This document shows, in pieces, positions 44,971-53,436 of a stretch of DNA of 64,000 nucleotides (its first letter is position 1; each line of letters begins with the position of its first letter). The DNA is taken from assembly GCA_019421005.1 (NCBI GenBank), contig JAHZGA010000002.1, forward strand, positions 10,204 to 74,203, in the 5' to 3' direction. The stretch is from a bacterium (lineage in GTDB: Bacteria > Bacillota_I > Bacilli_A > RF39 > UBA660). Both the position numbers and the translations under genes were made by a program. A model generated the notes under the pieces. That model was not told where the DNA came from and searched no databases. It saw nothing but the letters and a program-made list of their open reading frames with translations.

Positions 44971-46712
44971 AAAATTGCTTTAATTCTTCTAACACCAGCT
45001 TGTGAAGATTCTTCCTTTTTAATTATAAATTCACCTAATTCTGAAGTGTTTTTAACATGTGGGCCACCACATAATTCTTTAGAAATATCACCTATTGAAT
45101 AAACTGTTACTTCATCAGGATATCTTTCAATAAACATACATTCAGCACCTGATTTTAAAGCTTTATCTTTAGGCATAATTTCATAACTAACATCTAATTT
45201 ATCATTAATCCATTTATTAACTAAATCTTGAGTTTTTTGTATTTGTTCTTTAGTTAATTTACTATCATGAGAAAAATCAAATCTTAAACGTTCAGGGGTA
45301 ATATTACTTCCCATTTGATGAACATGACTTCCTAAAACAACTTTCAAAGCTGCATTTAATAAATGAGTTGCTGTATGATATTTTATATCCATATCACTAT
45401 TACTTGATAAACCACCTTTAAATTTATTATTCATTCCTTTTCTTGATTTTTCTTGATGTTCCTTAAATTTTTGTTTAAATCCATCAACATCTACTTCCAA
45501 ATTATGTTCAAATGCTAGTTCAACAGTTAGTTCAATTGGAAATCCATAAGTATCATAAAGTTTAAACGCTAATGAAGCATCAATTTTTTTATCAATATTT
45601 TTTATGCTTTTTTCAAATTCTTTTAAACCTTTTTCTAATGTTTTAGAAAATTTATTTTTTTCATTTTTTAAAACATTCATAACTTGCTCTTCATTTTTTT
45701 CTAATTCACTATAATATTTTTTATATTGTTCAATAATTATTTTAGCTAATTGTAATTCAAAATCACTGTTAATATCAATATTTATTTTTTTAGCATATCT
45801 TAACATTCTTCTTATTAATCTTCTTAAGATATAACCTTGATCAGTGTTTGATGGAATTATTTTTGCTTCATCCGCACTTATAAAGACAATTGATCTAATA
45901 TGATCAGCAATTATTCTCATTTCTTTAGTTTTATCAGAGTATTTTTCACCAGATATTTCTTCTATCTTATTTATAACATTTTTCCAAATAGAAGTTTGAT
46001 AATTATCATGTTTACCTTCTAAAACAGCTGTAATTCTTTCTACGCCCATTCCGGTATCAACATTTTTATTAACTAATTTTTCATATTCACCATTTTCTAA
46101 ATGATTATATTCCATAAAAACATTATTCCAAATTTCAACCCAATTATCATCATTAGGATCAAATTCTAAAGGTGGTTCTATAGAACTTGACCAATAAAAT
46201 ATTTCTGTATCTGGACCACATGGACCGGTATCTCCTGGAGCCCACCAGTTATCACTTTCTCCTAAAAAAGCAATTCTTTCTTTGGGAATACCTTGTTTTT
46301 GCCATAATTCATAAGATTCATTATCAGGATTAACTAAATCATTTCCTTTAAAAACCGTTACAGCTAATTTATTAACTGGGATATTTAAATGTTCAGTTAG
46401 AAATTCAAATGACCATTTTATTGATTCTTCTTTAAAATAATCACCTAAAGACCAGTTACCCAACATTTCAAAAAATGTATGATGAGTTCTATCACCTATT
46501 TCATCTAAATCATTTGTTCTCATACATTTTTGATAATCACACAATCTTTTTCCATATGGATGAGGTTGTCCCATTAAATAAGGTACAAGTGGTTGCATAC
46601 CAGCAGTATTAAATAATACTGAAGGATCATTTTCTGGTACTATAGGAGCACTTGGAATTTGTTTATGCCCTTTTGATACAAAAAAATCTATAAATAAATC
46701 TTTAATGTTCAT
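44964..46712 (-). CDS. alaS: alanine--tRNA ligase, short form (582 aa, no C-Ala domain)
   Basis: FNTAGMQP, WAPGDTGPCGPDTEIFY and DTGMGVERI (catalytic core). Editing-site HTATHLLNAALKVVLG and LCGGPHV. The protein ends at GVRRIKAILK*. Confidence 0.92.
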   Translation of the reverse strand: MNIKDLFIDFFVSKGHKQIPSAPIVPENDPSVLFNTAGMQPLVPYLMGQPHPYGKRLCDYQKCMRTNDLDEIGDRTHHTFFEMLGNWSLGDYFKEESIKWSFEFLTEHLNIPVNKLAVTVFKGNDLVNPDNESYELWQKQGIPKERIAFLGESDNWWAPGDTGPCGPDTEIFYWSSSIEPPLEFDPNDDNWVEIWNNVFMEYNHLENGEYEKLVNKNVDTGMGVERITAVLEGKHDNYQTSIWKNVINKIEEISGEKYSDKTKEMRIIADHIRSIVFISADEAKIIPSNTDQGYILRRLIRRMLRYAKKINIDINSDFELQLAKIIIEQYKKYYSELEKNEEQVMNVLKNEKNKFSKTLEKGLKEFEKSIKNIDKKIDASLAFKLYDTYGFPIELTVELAFEHNLEVDVDGFKQKFKEHQEKSRKGMNNKFKGGLSSNSDMDIKYHTATHLLNAALKVVLGSHVHQMGSNITPERLRFDFSHDSKLTKEQIQKTQDLVNKWINDKLDVSYEIMPKDKALKSGAECMFIERYPDEVTVYSIGDISKELCGGPHVKNTSELGEFIIKKEESSQAGVRRIKAILK

Positions 46713-47259
46713 TTTTTACCTCCTTTAAAATATCATTTACTTTTTTTTCTAATTCGTTTAAATCACTATCATTATTAATAATATAATCATAATCATTATA
46801 GTTATCTAAATCACATTCTGTTTTATGATTTTGTTCAGTTTCAGTTAATGGTGTTTCAAAATTTGGTCTAACAACTTTTATTTTAACAACATTATCAAAT
46901 AAAGCTTCAGGAATTTCCATTTCATTTTTCATTCTAACATCACTTATTATAAGAGCATCGAAAAAATATGAATAAACCTTTATATCTTCACAAATACGAT
47001 TAACAAATAATAGTTCATCTATTTTATTGCGAATAAGATCAGTTCCTAATTGTTGTAATAATTCTCTTGGTTTAGTTTCTTCATTACCATCCCAATTTGA
47101 AATGTTTTTGGCATACATTTTTATATAACTTCCATATGCTAATTTCAATATTTTTAAACCGCTATTTTGATAATTCTTAATAATTAAATCAGCAACTGTA
47201 TCTTTACCATTTCTTGCTTTACCTGATATTAAAAATATTTTAGGATTTTTACTCTCCAT
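46702..47259 (-). CDS. P-loop kinase-like protein (resembles phage T4 gp1-type dNMP kinases)
   Basis: Walker A ISGKARNGKDT at the N-terminus and ISDVR. 185 aa. Overlaps the alaS start by 11 nt. Family assignment is from memory and is moderate. Confidence 0.5.
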   Translation of the reverse strand: MESKNPKIFLISGKARNGKDTVADLIIKNYQNSGLKILKLAYGSYIKMYAKNISNWDGNEETKPRELLQQLGTDLIRNKIDELLFVNRICEDIKVYSYFFDALIISDVRMKNEMEIPEALFDNVVKIKVVRPNFETPLTETEQNHKTECDLDNYNDYDYIINNDSDLNELEKKVNDILKEVKNEH

Positions 47260-48406
47260 ACTGCACCTCTTTACTATTTAAAAAGTTATATTTTTCATCA
47301 AAAAATTTAATAATAGCTTTAGCTGATGCTATTAAAGGGGTTGATACAATCATTCCTAATACACCCCAGAAATGCCCAAAAATAAGTAAGCCAATAATAA
47401 CTGTTACTGGATGTAGTTTAACTGTTTTACTCATAATTACTGGTTGTAAGAAGTTTCCTTCTAAAAATTGGATAACGCATATTACAACTAAAGTTAAAAT
47501 TCCTATTATTGGACTTTGTGAAAATCCAACAATAACAGCAGGCGCGCCTCCTATATAAGGTCCCGCATATGGAATAACATTAGTAAGTCCACAGAATAGT
47601 CCAAATAATAATGGGGCTTTTAAACCAACTAATACAAAGCCAGCTGATGTAACAACAAAAACTAAAAATGAATCTATTAAAGCTCCTATTATAAATCTTC
47701 TTAATGATGTATTAACTTCATTAGCTAAATTTCTAGCATCCTTATGCATTTTTTTAGGTAATATTGTTATTATTGAGTCTGTTGCATTATCAAAACTTAC
47801 CAATAAATAAAATCCTATTATTAAGCCAATTGCAATTGTTATAATTGATGAGAAAAATGATGTTACATATTTTACAATCATAGCTGGAATTGAAATAGTC
47901 AAATTATGAACAATATTTTCTATTTGATTAAAGAAGTTTTGTTGTAATGCCATAGCATCAAAGTTTTTAATTTGATTTAATTTAACAAAAAAATCAGTTG
48001 CCCATTCTTTTATACTACTAAATACACTTGGAATTAATCTAATAAAATCATTTATTTGTTCCGATAAAACTGGAACAATTGAATAACATACTAAAAATAA
48101 AATTCCTAAAAAAACAACATATACTAAAGAAGCACCTAATCCTCTTCTCATACCTTTATGGCTTAACCATTTTACAGCTGGATCAAATAGCCATGCAACA
48201 AATATTCCAATGAATAAAGGCGCTAATAACTTAAGAACAATAAGTAAAAAGTTTACTATTTTTAATTCTTTTAATAATATAATAATTCCATATATTCCAA
48301 AAAGAATTACTAAAAAATAAGCTATTTTTAATAAATTTTTTGATAAAGAAAGTACTTCATTTAAATTACGATAATTAATTTTATCAAAATTTTTTCTATT
48401 TAACAT
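47249..48406 (-). CDS. AI-2E family transporter (PerM/YrrI-like)
   Basis: About 8 TM helices and NVIPYAGPYIGGAPAVIVG, typical of the family. Confidence 0.85.
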   Translation of the reverse strand: MLNRKNFDKINYRNLNEVLSLSKNLLKIAYFLVILFGIYGIIILLKELKIVNFLLIVLKLLAPLFIGIFVAWLFDPAVKWLSHKGMRRGLGASLVYVVFLGILFLVCYSIVPVLSEQINDFIRLIPSVFSSIKEWATDFFVKLNQIKNFDAMALQQNFFNQIENIVHNLTISIPAMIVKYVTSFFSSIITIAIGLIIGFYLLVSFDNATDSIITILPKKMHKDARNLANEVNTSLRRFIIGALIDSFLVFVVTSAGFVLVGLKAPLLFGLFCGLTNVIPYAGPYIGGAPAVIVGFSQSPIIGILTLVVICVIQFLEGNFLQPVIMSKTVKLHPVTVIIGLLIFGHFWGVLGMIVSTPLIASAKAIIKFFDEKYNFLNSKEVQYGE

Positions 48407-48545
48407 AATATCAGCCCTTCTATAGTTAATTATATCATTTATTATTATATGTTGTAAACTTTTAATTGTTAAAATTTACTAAAAAACATATATATTTTTT
48501 AAGTAAAATTAATTTTTAGCCATTATAAAATGACACCATTTGATG

Positions 48546-49799
48546 TCATTTTATTATAAAACTTACGCCTTTTTTTTCATTTTTAACGGTTATTTCATAT
48601 CCTAATAGCATAGTCGTTTTTTTAACAATTGATAAACCTAATCCAAATTGACCTTTGATACCTTTTTTGTAGGGAATGAAAATATCATTTAAAACTTTTT
48701 CGTCAATGTTAGGTCCATCATTATAAAATGTTATTTTATTATTTTTTACGGTTATTTTTATTTCTTTTTCAGCATATCTAATAAAATTATTTAATATATT
48801 ATCAATTACAGCTTCCCACATATCATCTGTTCCATTAAATATGCTTTTATTTTTATCAATATTCAAAATCCATTTAATATCACTGCGTTGAATTTTAAAT
48901 TTTGAAACAGAAGAGGTTATAATTGGGGTAACATCTACTAATTTATTCAAGTCGCAATTAGAATCTTTTATATAATTTATTTTATTTAAATATAGTAAGG
49001 AGTGTACTTTCATTTCTAATTTATCAACTTGTTCTTCGATTATTTTTAAACCTTCTTCTTTAGTTTGAATCCCATCTTTTATGGCTTCAATATATGATTT
49101 TATTACTGTTAAGGGAGTTTTAAAGTCGTGCGAAATATTTTGATACATCTGATTTTTATATTCTTCTTGTTCTTTTAAAGTTTCTTTCATGTTATCAATT
49201 GCATCTGATAACAATTTTAATTCATCATCAGCTTGATAATAATAATTATCAACATATTGATCATTATCTAGATTATCGATTTTTTCTTTTAGACGTTGAA
49301 TTTTTAATACCAAATTATGTGTCCACCACCCTATAAGGGCCAATATAATTAAAAATGTGGCTATCATAATTGGAAATATAGCTGTTAAAACGTCATATTT
49401 TACTTGTTTAGTAAATGTATCGTTAGTAATAATTATTTTAGTTATATAAGAATTACTAACTTGAACATAATAATATGTTTTTGATTTTATTGTGAATTTT
49501 CCATGATCAGAATTAATTTTATCTAATATTAGTTTTGGAGAAAATGAAACTACATCCTGATAATTTTGTGATGTAACTATCTCTTTTTTTGTAACGTAAA
49601 CATAAGCTATCAATTCATTAAAGCCCTCATCAGTCGTAACATCACTCATAGGCTGATTTAAATTTTGATAAACGTTTTTTTCATAAATCGGTAGTAACAC
49701 TTTAGGTAAGAATAATCTTAAAGAAACAAATATTAATACTAATATTAAAATTGTGATTGAGATTAATTGTTTAAGTAAATTATGTTTTAAATCACTCAT
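48546..49799 (-). CDS. sensor histidine kinase
   Basis: Two TM helices, HisKA ISHDFKTPLT and HATPase (NNFIRYA..., GLGLSIV). Overlaps the response-regulator stop. Confidence 0.9.
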   Translation of the reverse strand: MSDLKHNLLKQLISITILILVLIFVSLRLFLPKVLLPIYEKNVYQNLNQPMSDVTTDEGFNELIAYVYVTKKEIVTSQNYQDVVSFSPKLILDKINSDHGKFTIKSKTYYYVQVSNSYITKIIITNDTFTKQVKYDVLTAIFPIMIATFLIILALIGWWTHNLVLKIQRLKEKIDNLDNDQYVDNYYYQADDELKLLSDAIDNMKETLKEQEEYKNQMYQNISHDFKTPLTVIKSYIEAIKDGIQTKEEGLKIIEEQVDKLEMKVHSLLYLNKINYIKDSNCDLNKLVDVTPIITSSVSKFKIQRSDIKWILNIDKNKSIFNGTDDMWEAVIDNILNNFIRYAEKEIKITVKNNKITFYNDGPNIDEKVLNDIFIPYKKGIKGQFGLGLSIVKKTTMLLGYEITVKNEKKGVSFIIK

Positions 49800-50455
49800 G
49801 ATAAACGGTAACCAAATCCATAAATTGTATTTATACGCAATTTAGGCATTTTTTTTCTTAATCTTCTTACCAAGTCATCAACAACACGATCGCTACCAAA
49901 ATAATCATTTCCCCAGACATTAACTAAAATATCATCTCTACTAAATGATTTATTTTTATTATCAGTTAATAAAATTAATAATTCAAATTCTAAAGTTGTT
50001 AAATTAATTTCTTTTTCATTTTCTAAAACAATTCTTTTATTTAAATCAATTTTATAATTTGCATATGTAATTATGTTGTCAGTACTCTTATAAACACGTT
50101 TAATTATGTTATTAACTCTTAAAACCAATTCTTTAGATGAATATGGTTTAGTTATATAATCATCACTTCCTAATTCTAAACCAATTATTTTATCCAAGTC
50201 TTGATCACGAGCTGATGTAAATATTACTGGAACGTTTTGATCTACTTCTCTAATTTTTTTTATTAAATCATATCCACTAATACTATCATTAAGCATTATA
50301 TCTAAAATCCATAAATGGACCTTTTCTTTGCCTATATAATCAAAAGCGTCTTCACCATTATAGTAATTAACAACTTCATAATCAGCCCGTTCTAAATAAG
50401 ATTTAACTAAATTGTTAAGATTAACTTCATCTTCAACTAAACAAATTCGATACAT
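49796..50455 (-). CDS. OmpR-family response regulator
   Basis: Receiver domain (LVEDE, LWILDIML, SARD) plus a winged-helix C-terminus (IYGFGYRL). Confidence 0.92.
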   Translation of the reverse strand: MYRICLVEDEVNLNNLVKSYLERADYEVVNYYNGEDAFDYIGKEKVHLWILDIMLNDSISGYDLIKKIREVDQNVPVIFTSARDQDLDKIIGLELGSDDYITKPYSSKELVLRVNNIIKRVYKSTDNIITYANYKIDLNKRIVLENEKEINLTTLEFELLILLTDNKNKSFSRDDILVNVWGNDYFGSDRVVDDLVRRLRKKMPKLRINTIYGFGYRLS

Positions 50456-50672
50456 CTAAACACCTCTTATAAAAAGTATAACATTATTTAATTATTTTTT
50501 CTACATTTATCAACTTCTTTCTATTAACTAGGAGTGTATTTTTTTAATTAATTTAACTTTTTAATTTATGTTTTTCTCATATATCACCTCCGTATGAATT
50601 AATTGTATAATAAAATTGTGGTAATAATATAATAAAATTATGGGAAAATATGGTTAAAAAAAATATTTAGAT

Positions 50673-51200
50673 TTAAATATTTCTTAAATAGTAATTATTT
50701 TGTTTTTCAATTCCTAGTACTGTACTATTACCATGACCAGGTAATAATTCTATATCATCATTATAATTTTTTATTCTTTTTAAACTTTCCTGCATTTTTT
50801 TAAAGTCGCCTGTTTCTAAATCAGTTCTTCCAATAGAGTTTTTAAATATAAAATCGCCAACAAACATTAATTTATTTTCTTTAAAATAGAATGTAACTGC
50901 ATCATCTTTATGTCCAGGTGTGTAAATTATTTCAAATTTAAAATTGTTAATTTTATATTTATTTTCTTTCATTTTATAATCATATATTGAAACATCATAA
51001 TCCTGTTTTAATTTTTCTAGTGCTCCAATATGATCAAAATGATAATGAGTTATTAAAATAGCTAATACATTTAAAGAACCAATTTCATTTTTTATTATTT
51101 CATAATCATCTCCAGGATCAACTATTAAACAATCGCTGTTATCAATTAATATATAACAATTTGTTGCAAGTGGTCCAACTATAAGTTTTTTAACTTTCAT
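50673..51200 (-). CDS. MBL-fold metallo-hydrolase
   Basis: [12 protein letters not shown] (HxHxDH), TPGH, GDFIF. 175 aa, which is short for the family. Confidence 0.8.
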   Translation of the reverse strand: MKVKKLIVGPLATNCYILIDNSDCLIVDPGDDYEIIKNEIGSLNVLAILITHYHFDHIGALEKLKQDYDVSIYDYKMKENKYKINNFKFEIIYTPGHKDDAVTFYFKENKLMFVGDFIFKNSIGRTDLETGDFKKMQESLKRIKNYNDDIELLPGHGNSTVLGIEKQNNYYLRNI

Positions 51201-51811
51201 AAATCACCTTCTATTATTTTTTTTACGGGTCCATATGTTTTTCTATACCCATCTATCAAGCCATATTTGTTAATAGCTTCCAAATGTTTTTTAGTAGGAT
51301 ATCCTTTGTGATTTTTAAATCCATATAATGGATATTTTTCATCTAAATCATACATCATTTTATCTCTTGTAACTTTAGCTACTACACTTGCTGCAGCAAT
51401 ACTGATGCTTTTAGAATCACCTTTAATTATTGAAGTAGTTTCAATATCAAGTTCAAGTGGCATTGCATCAATTAAAACATGTTCTAAATTACATTGGGCT
51501 CTAACATTTTCTATAGCTAATAACATAGCTTTTTTACTAGCTTGATATATATTAATTTCATCTATTTCTTCTGGTGATACTATTCCAATTCCATAAATAG
51601 AATGAGTTGTTATATATTCATAAAATAAATTTCGTTTTTTTTCACTTAATTTTTTTGAATCCGTTAAACCATCTAAAACAAAGTCTTTAGGTAATACACA
51701 GCAACATGCAACAACAGGTCCTATTAATGGTCCCCTTCCTACTTCATCTACTCCCCCTATATATTTTATTCCTTTTTCATAAAGTTCATTTTCATATTTA
51801 TATAAATCCAT
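51197..51811 (-). CDS. rnhB: ribonuclease HII
   Basis: [35 protein letters not shown]. Confidence 0.95.
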   Translation of the reverse strand: MDLYKYENELYEKGIKYIGGVDEVGRGPLIGPVVACCCVLPKDFVLDGLTDSKKLSEKKRNLFYEYITTHSIYGIGIVSPEEIDEINIYQASKKAMLLAIENVRAQCNLEHVLIDAMPLELDIETTSIIKGDSKSISIAAASVVAKVTRDKMMYDLDEKYPLYGFKNHKGYPTKKHLEAINKYGLIDGYRKTYGPVKKIIEGDL

Positions 51812-51843
51812 TATATCAACCTCTATAATGATTATACAAAATT

Positions 51844-51864
51844 AAAAAAAACAAGTCAAACTTG
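51844..51864 (-). terminator. short hairpin plus U-run (copy 1 of a duplicated 19-mer)
   Basis: Minus strand reads CAAGT-TTG-ACTTG followed by T8. Confidence 0.4.
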
Positions 51865-51888
51865 AAAATTTAATTATAATTATATTTT

Positions 51889-52437
51889 TTATTCATTATA
51901 GTTTAACCTCAAATATTCTTTAACTTCTATAGGAATAAAAAGTGAAATGTATTCTGGAAGTTCTATATCATTATTTGTATTTATCATATATCTTTTTATC
52001 TCATCAATGCTAATAATTTTATTAATCTCTATTTCAATAAAATCTTTTATAGGAATTTCAAATAAAAAAGGTAAATCATTTGGAAATATAGTTTTGTTAT
52101 CTTTAATATTAATCAAATAAAATTTTGCTTTCATTTTTAAGTTAGATGTTTTTTCAAATGGATTTAAATCCTTCATTAAAATTTCTTTTTCAAATATTTT
52201 TTTTGGAGATATTATTATATCGCTTAAAGAAATATTTTTAATTTCTTCCATCGTTTCTCTTATTAATGCGTTTTTTAAACTTCCATTATCTTCTTTTTCA
52301 ATTTGTCCTCCTATTGTCTTTACTACAGCACCTCTTTGACCATTTGACATATTATACCAACGTTTTTCTTTTTGCATTCCCAATACAATATTTTTATTAT
52401 GTAAAATTATTCCTTCGCCACCTATTATATCAATCAT
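51889..52437 (-). CDS. NUDIX-family hydrolase (divergent)
   Basis: GGQIEKEDNGSLKNALIRETMEEI approximates the Nudix box GX5EX7REUXEE. Confidence 0.6.
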   Translation of the reverse strand: MIDIIGGEGIILHNKNIVLGMQKEKRWYNMSNGQRGAVVKTIGGQIEKEDNGSLKNALIRETMEEIKNISLSDIIISPKKIFEKEILMKDLNPFEKTSNLKMKAKFYLINIKDNKTIFPNDLPFLFEIPIKDFIEIEINKIISIDEIKRYMINTNNDIELPEYISLFIPIEVKEYLRLNYNE

Positions 52438-52487
52438 TAAACAAATTCCTTTCTTTTAAAATAGTTTATATCAACTTTACAATTATT

Positions 52488-52506
52488 AAAAAACAAGTCA
52501 AACTTG
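52488..52506 (-). terminator. short hairpin plus U-run (copy 2 of the duplicated 19-mer), overlapping the stop codon
   Basis: Minus strand reads CAAGT-TTG-ACTTG followed by T6. The TGA stop of 52498..53343 lies in the loop. Confidence 0.4.
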
Positions 52507-53343
52507 TATTTCACTTCTCATTTTACCATTATATTCTTTTGAATTAATCATAATGCCATCAATATCAAGGCCTTTATCACCATCAAGTAAATTTTCATAG
52601 ACAAATATATTATTATTAACTGTTAAAAAATCTTTTAATTCATTTCTTGTTAACCATAAAGTACTTTGTTTTTCTTTTTCTTCATCACTTATTTCTTGAC
52701 GTTCATTATCAATTAATTCTCCAAAAACAACATAAAGATGAGCATATCTATTTACACCTTTATATTCAGCATAAAAATGATTATGAAGAACAAATAAACT
52801 TGTATAAGTTACTCTAATATTAGAATATCCAGTTTCTTCTAAAACTTCTCTTAACATAGCTTCTTCTAAAGTTTCATTTTCTTCAATTCCACCCATAACA
52901 AATGACTGACATAATCTCTTTTTAGCACGTACACATAAATATTTATCATTATCTTTTACAACAGCAATTATACTTCTTCTAAATTGTGTTTCAACATCTT
53001 GTCTTATTGCTTCATTATCCTTACCTAAAAAATATGGTGCGACTACTTGTTTAAATTTTAAATTATATTTTTTTGCTAAATCAAAATGTAATTGAATATG
53101 AGCAGGAACCATCATTACAGCATTATTTTCTAATTCTTTATTATTAACAGCAATAATATCTAATTTTTCATTTGTTAAAGGATGTATTACATATTCATTT
53201 TCTATAAGTCCTTCTTTATAACATTCATAATATGATGTTTTTAACCCAATCATTATTGCTGTAACACCATATATTAATTCTTTATTTTGTAATACTGCTA
53301 CTATATCATTACCTAAATTTGTTTTTAAATTAAATTTTTCCAT
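52498..53343 (-). CDS. LeuRS-CP1-like N-terminal domain fused to a NUDIX hydrolase
   Basis: N-terminal HPLTNEKLDIIAVNNKELENNAVMMVPAHIQLHFDLAKKYNLKFKQVV aligns with LeuRS (same window) [51 protein letters not shown]. The C-terminal Nudix box is GGIEENETLEEAMLREVLEETGY. Confidence 0.75.
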   Translation of the reverse strand: MEKFNLKTNLGNDIVAVLQNKELIYGVTAIMIGLKTSYYECYKEGLIENEYVIHPLTNEKLDIIAVNNKELENNAVMMVPAHIQLHFDLAKKYNLKFKQVVAPYFLGKDNEAIRQDVETQFRRSIIAVVKDNDKYLCVRAKKRLCQSFVMGGIEENETLEEAMLREVLEETGYSNIRVTYTSLFVLHNHFYAEYKGVNRYAHLYVVFGELIDNERQEISDEEKEKQSTLWLTRNELKDFLTVNNNIFVYENLLDGDKGLDIDGIMINSKEYNGKMRSEIQV

Positions 53344-53405
53344 TAATGTTCACTCCTATACCAATTATATATTCTTTATGTTTAAAAGTAAATACTTGAA
53401 GAACA

Positions 53406-53436
53406 TTAAAAAAGCAAAGATTTTTATTCTTTACTC
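53406..53436 (-). terminator. rho-independent terminator after leuS
   Basis: Minus strand reads GTAAAGA-ATAAAAA-TCTTTGC followed by T6, immediately after the TAA stop. Confidence 0.6.

Noticed and set aside
50566-50580. A mini-ORF ATG-AGA-AAA-ACA-TAA (MRKT) with a strong GGAGGTGA SD, upstream of the two-component system.
   Set aside because: It has only 4 codons, lies upstream of the best promoter candidate for the response-regulator gene, and has no associated alternative RNA structures. It is probably fortuitous or a remnant of a lost gene start.
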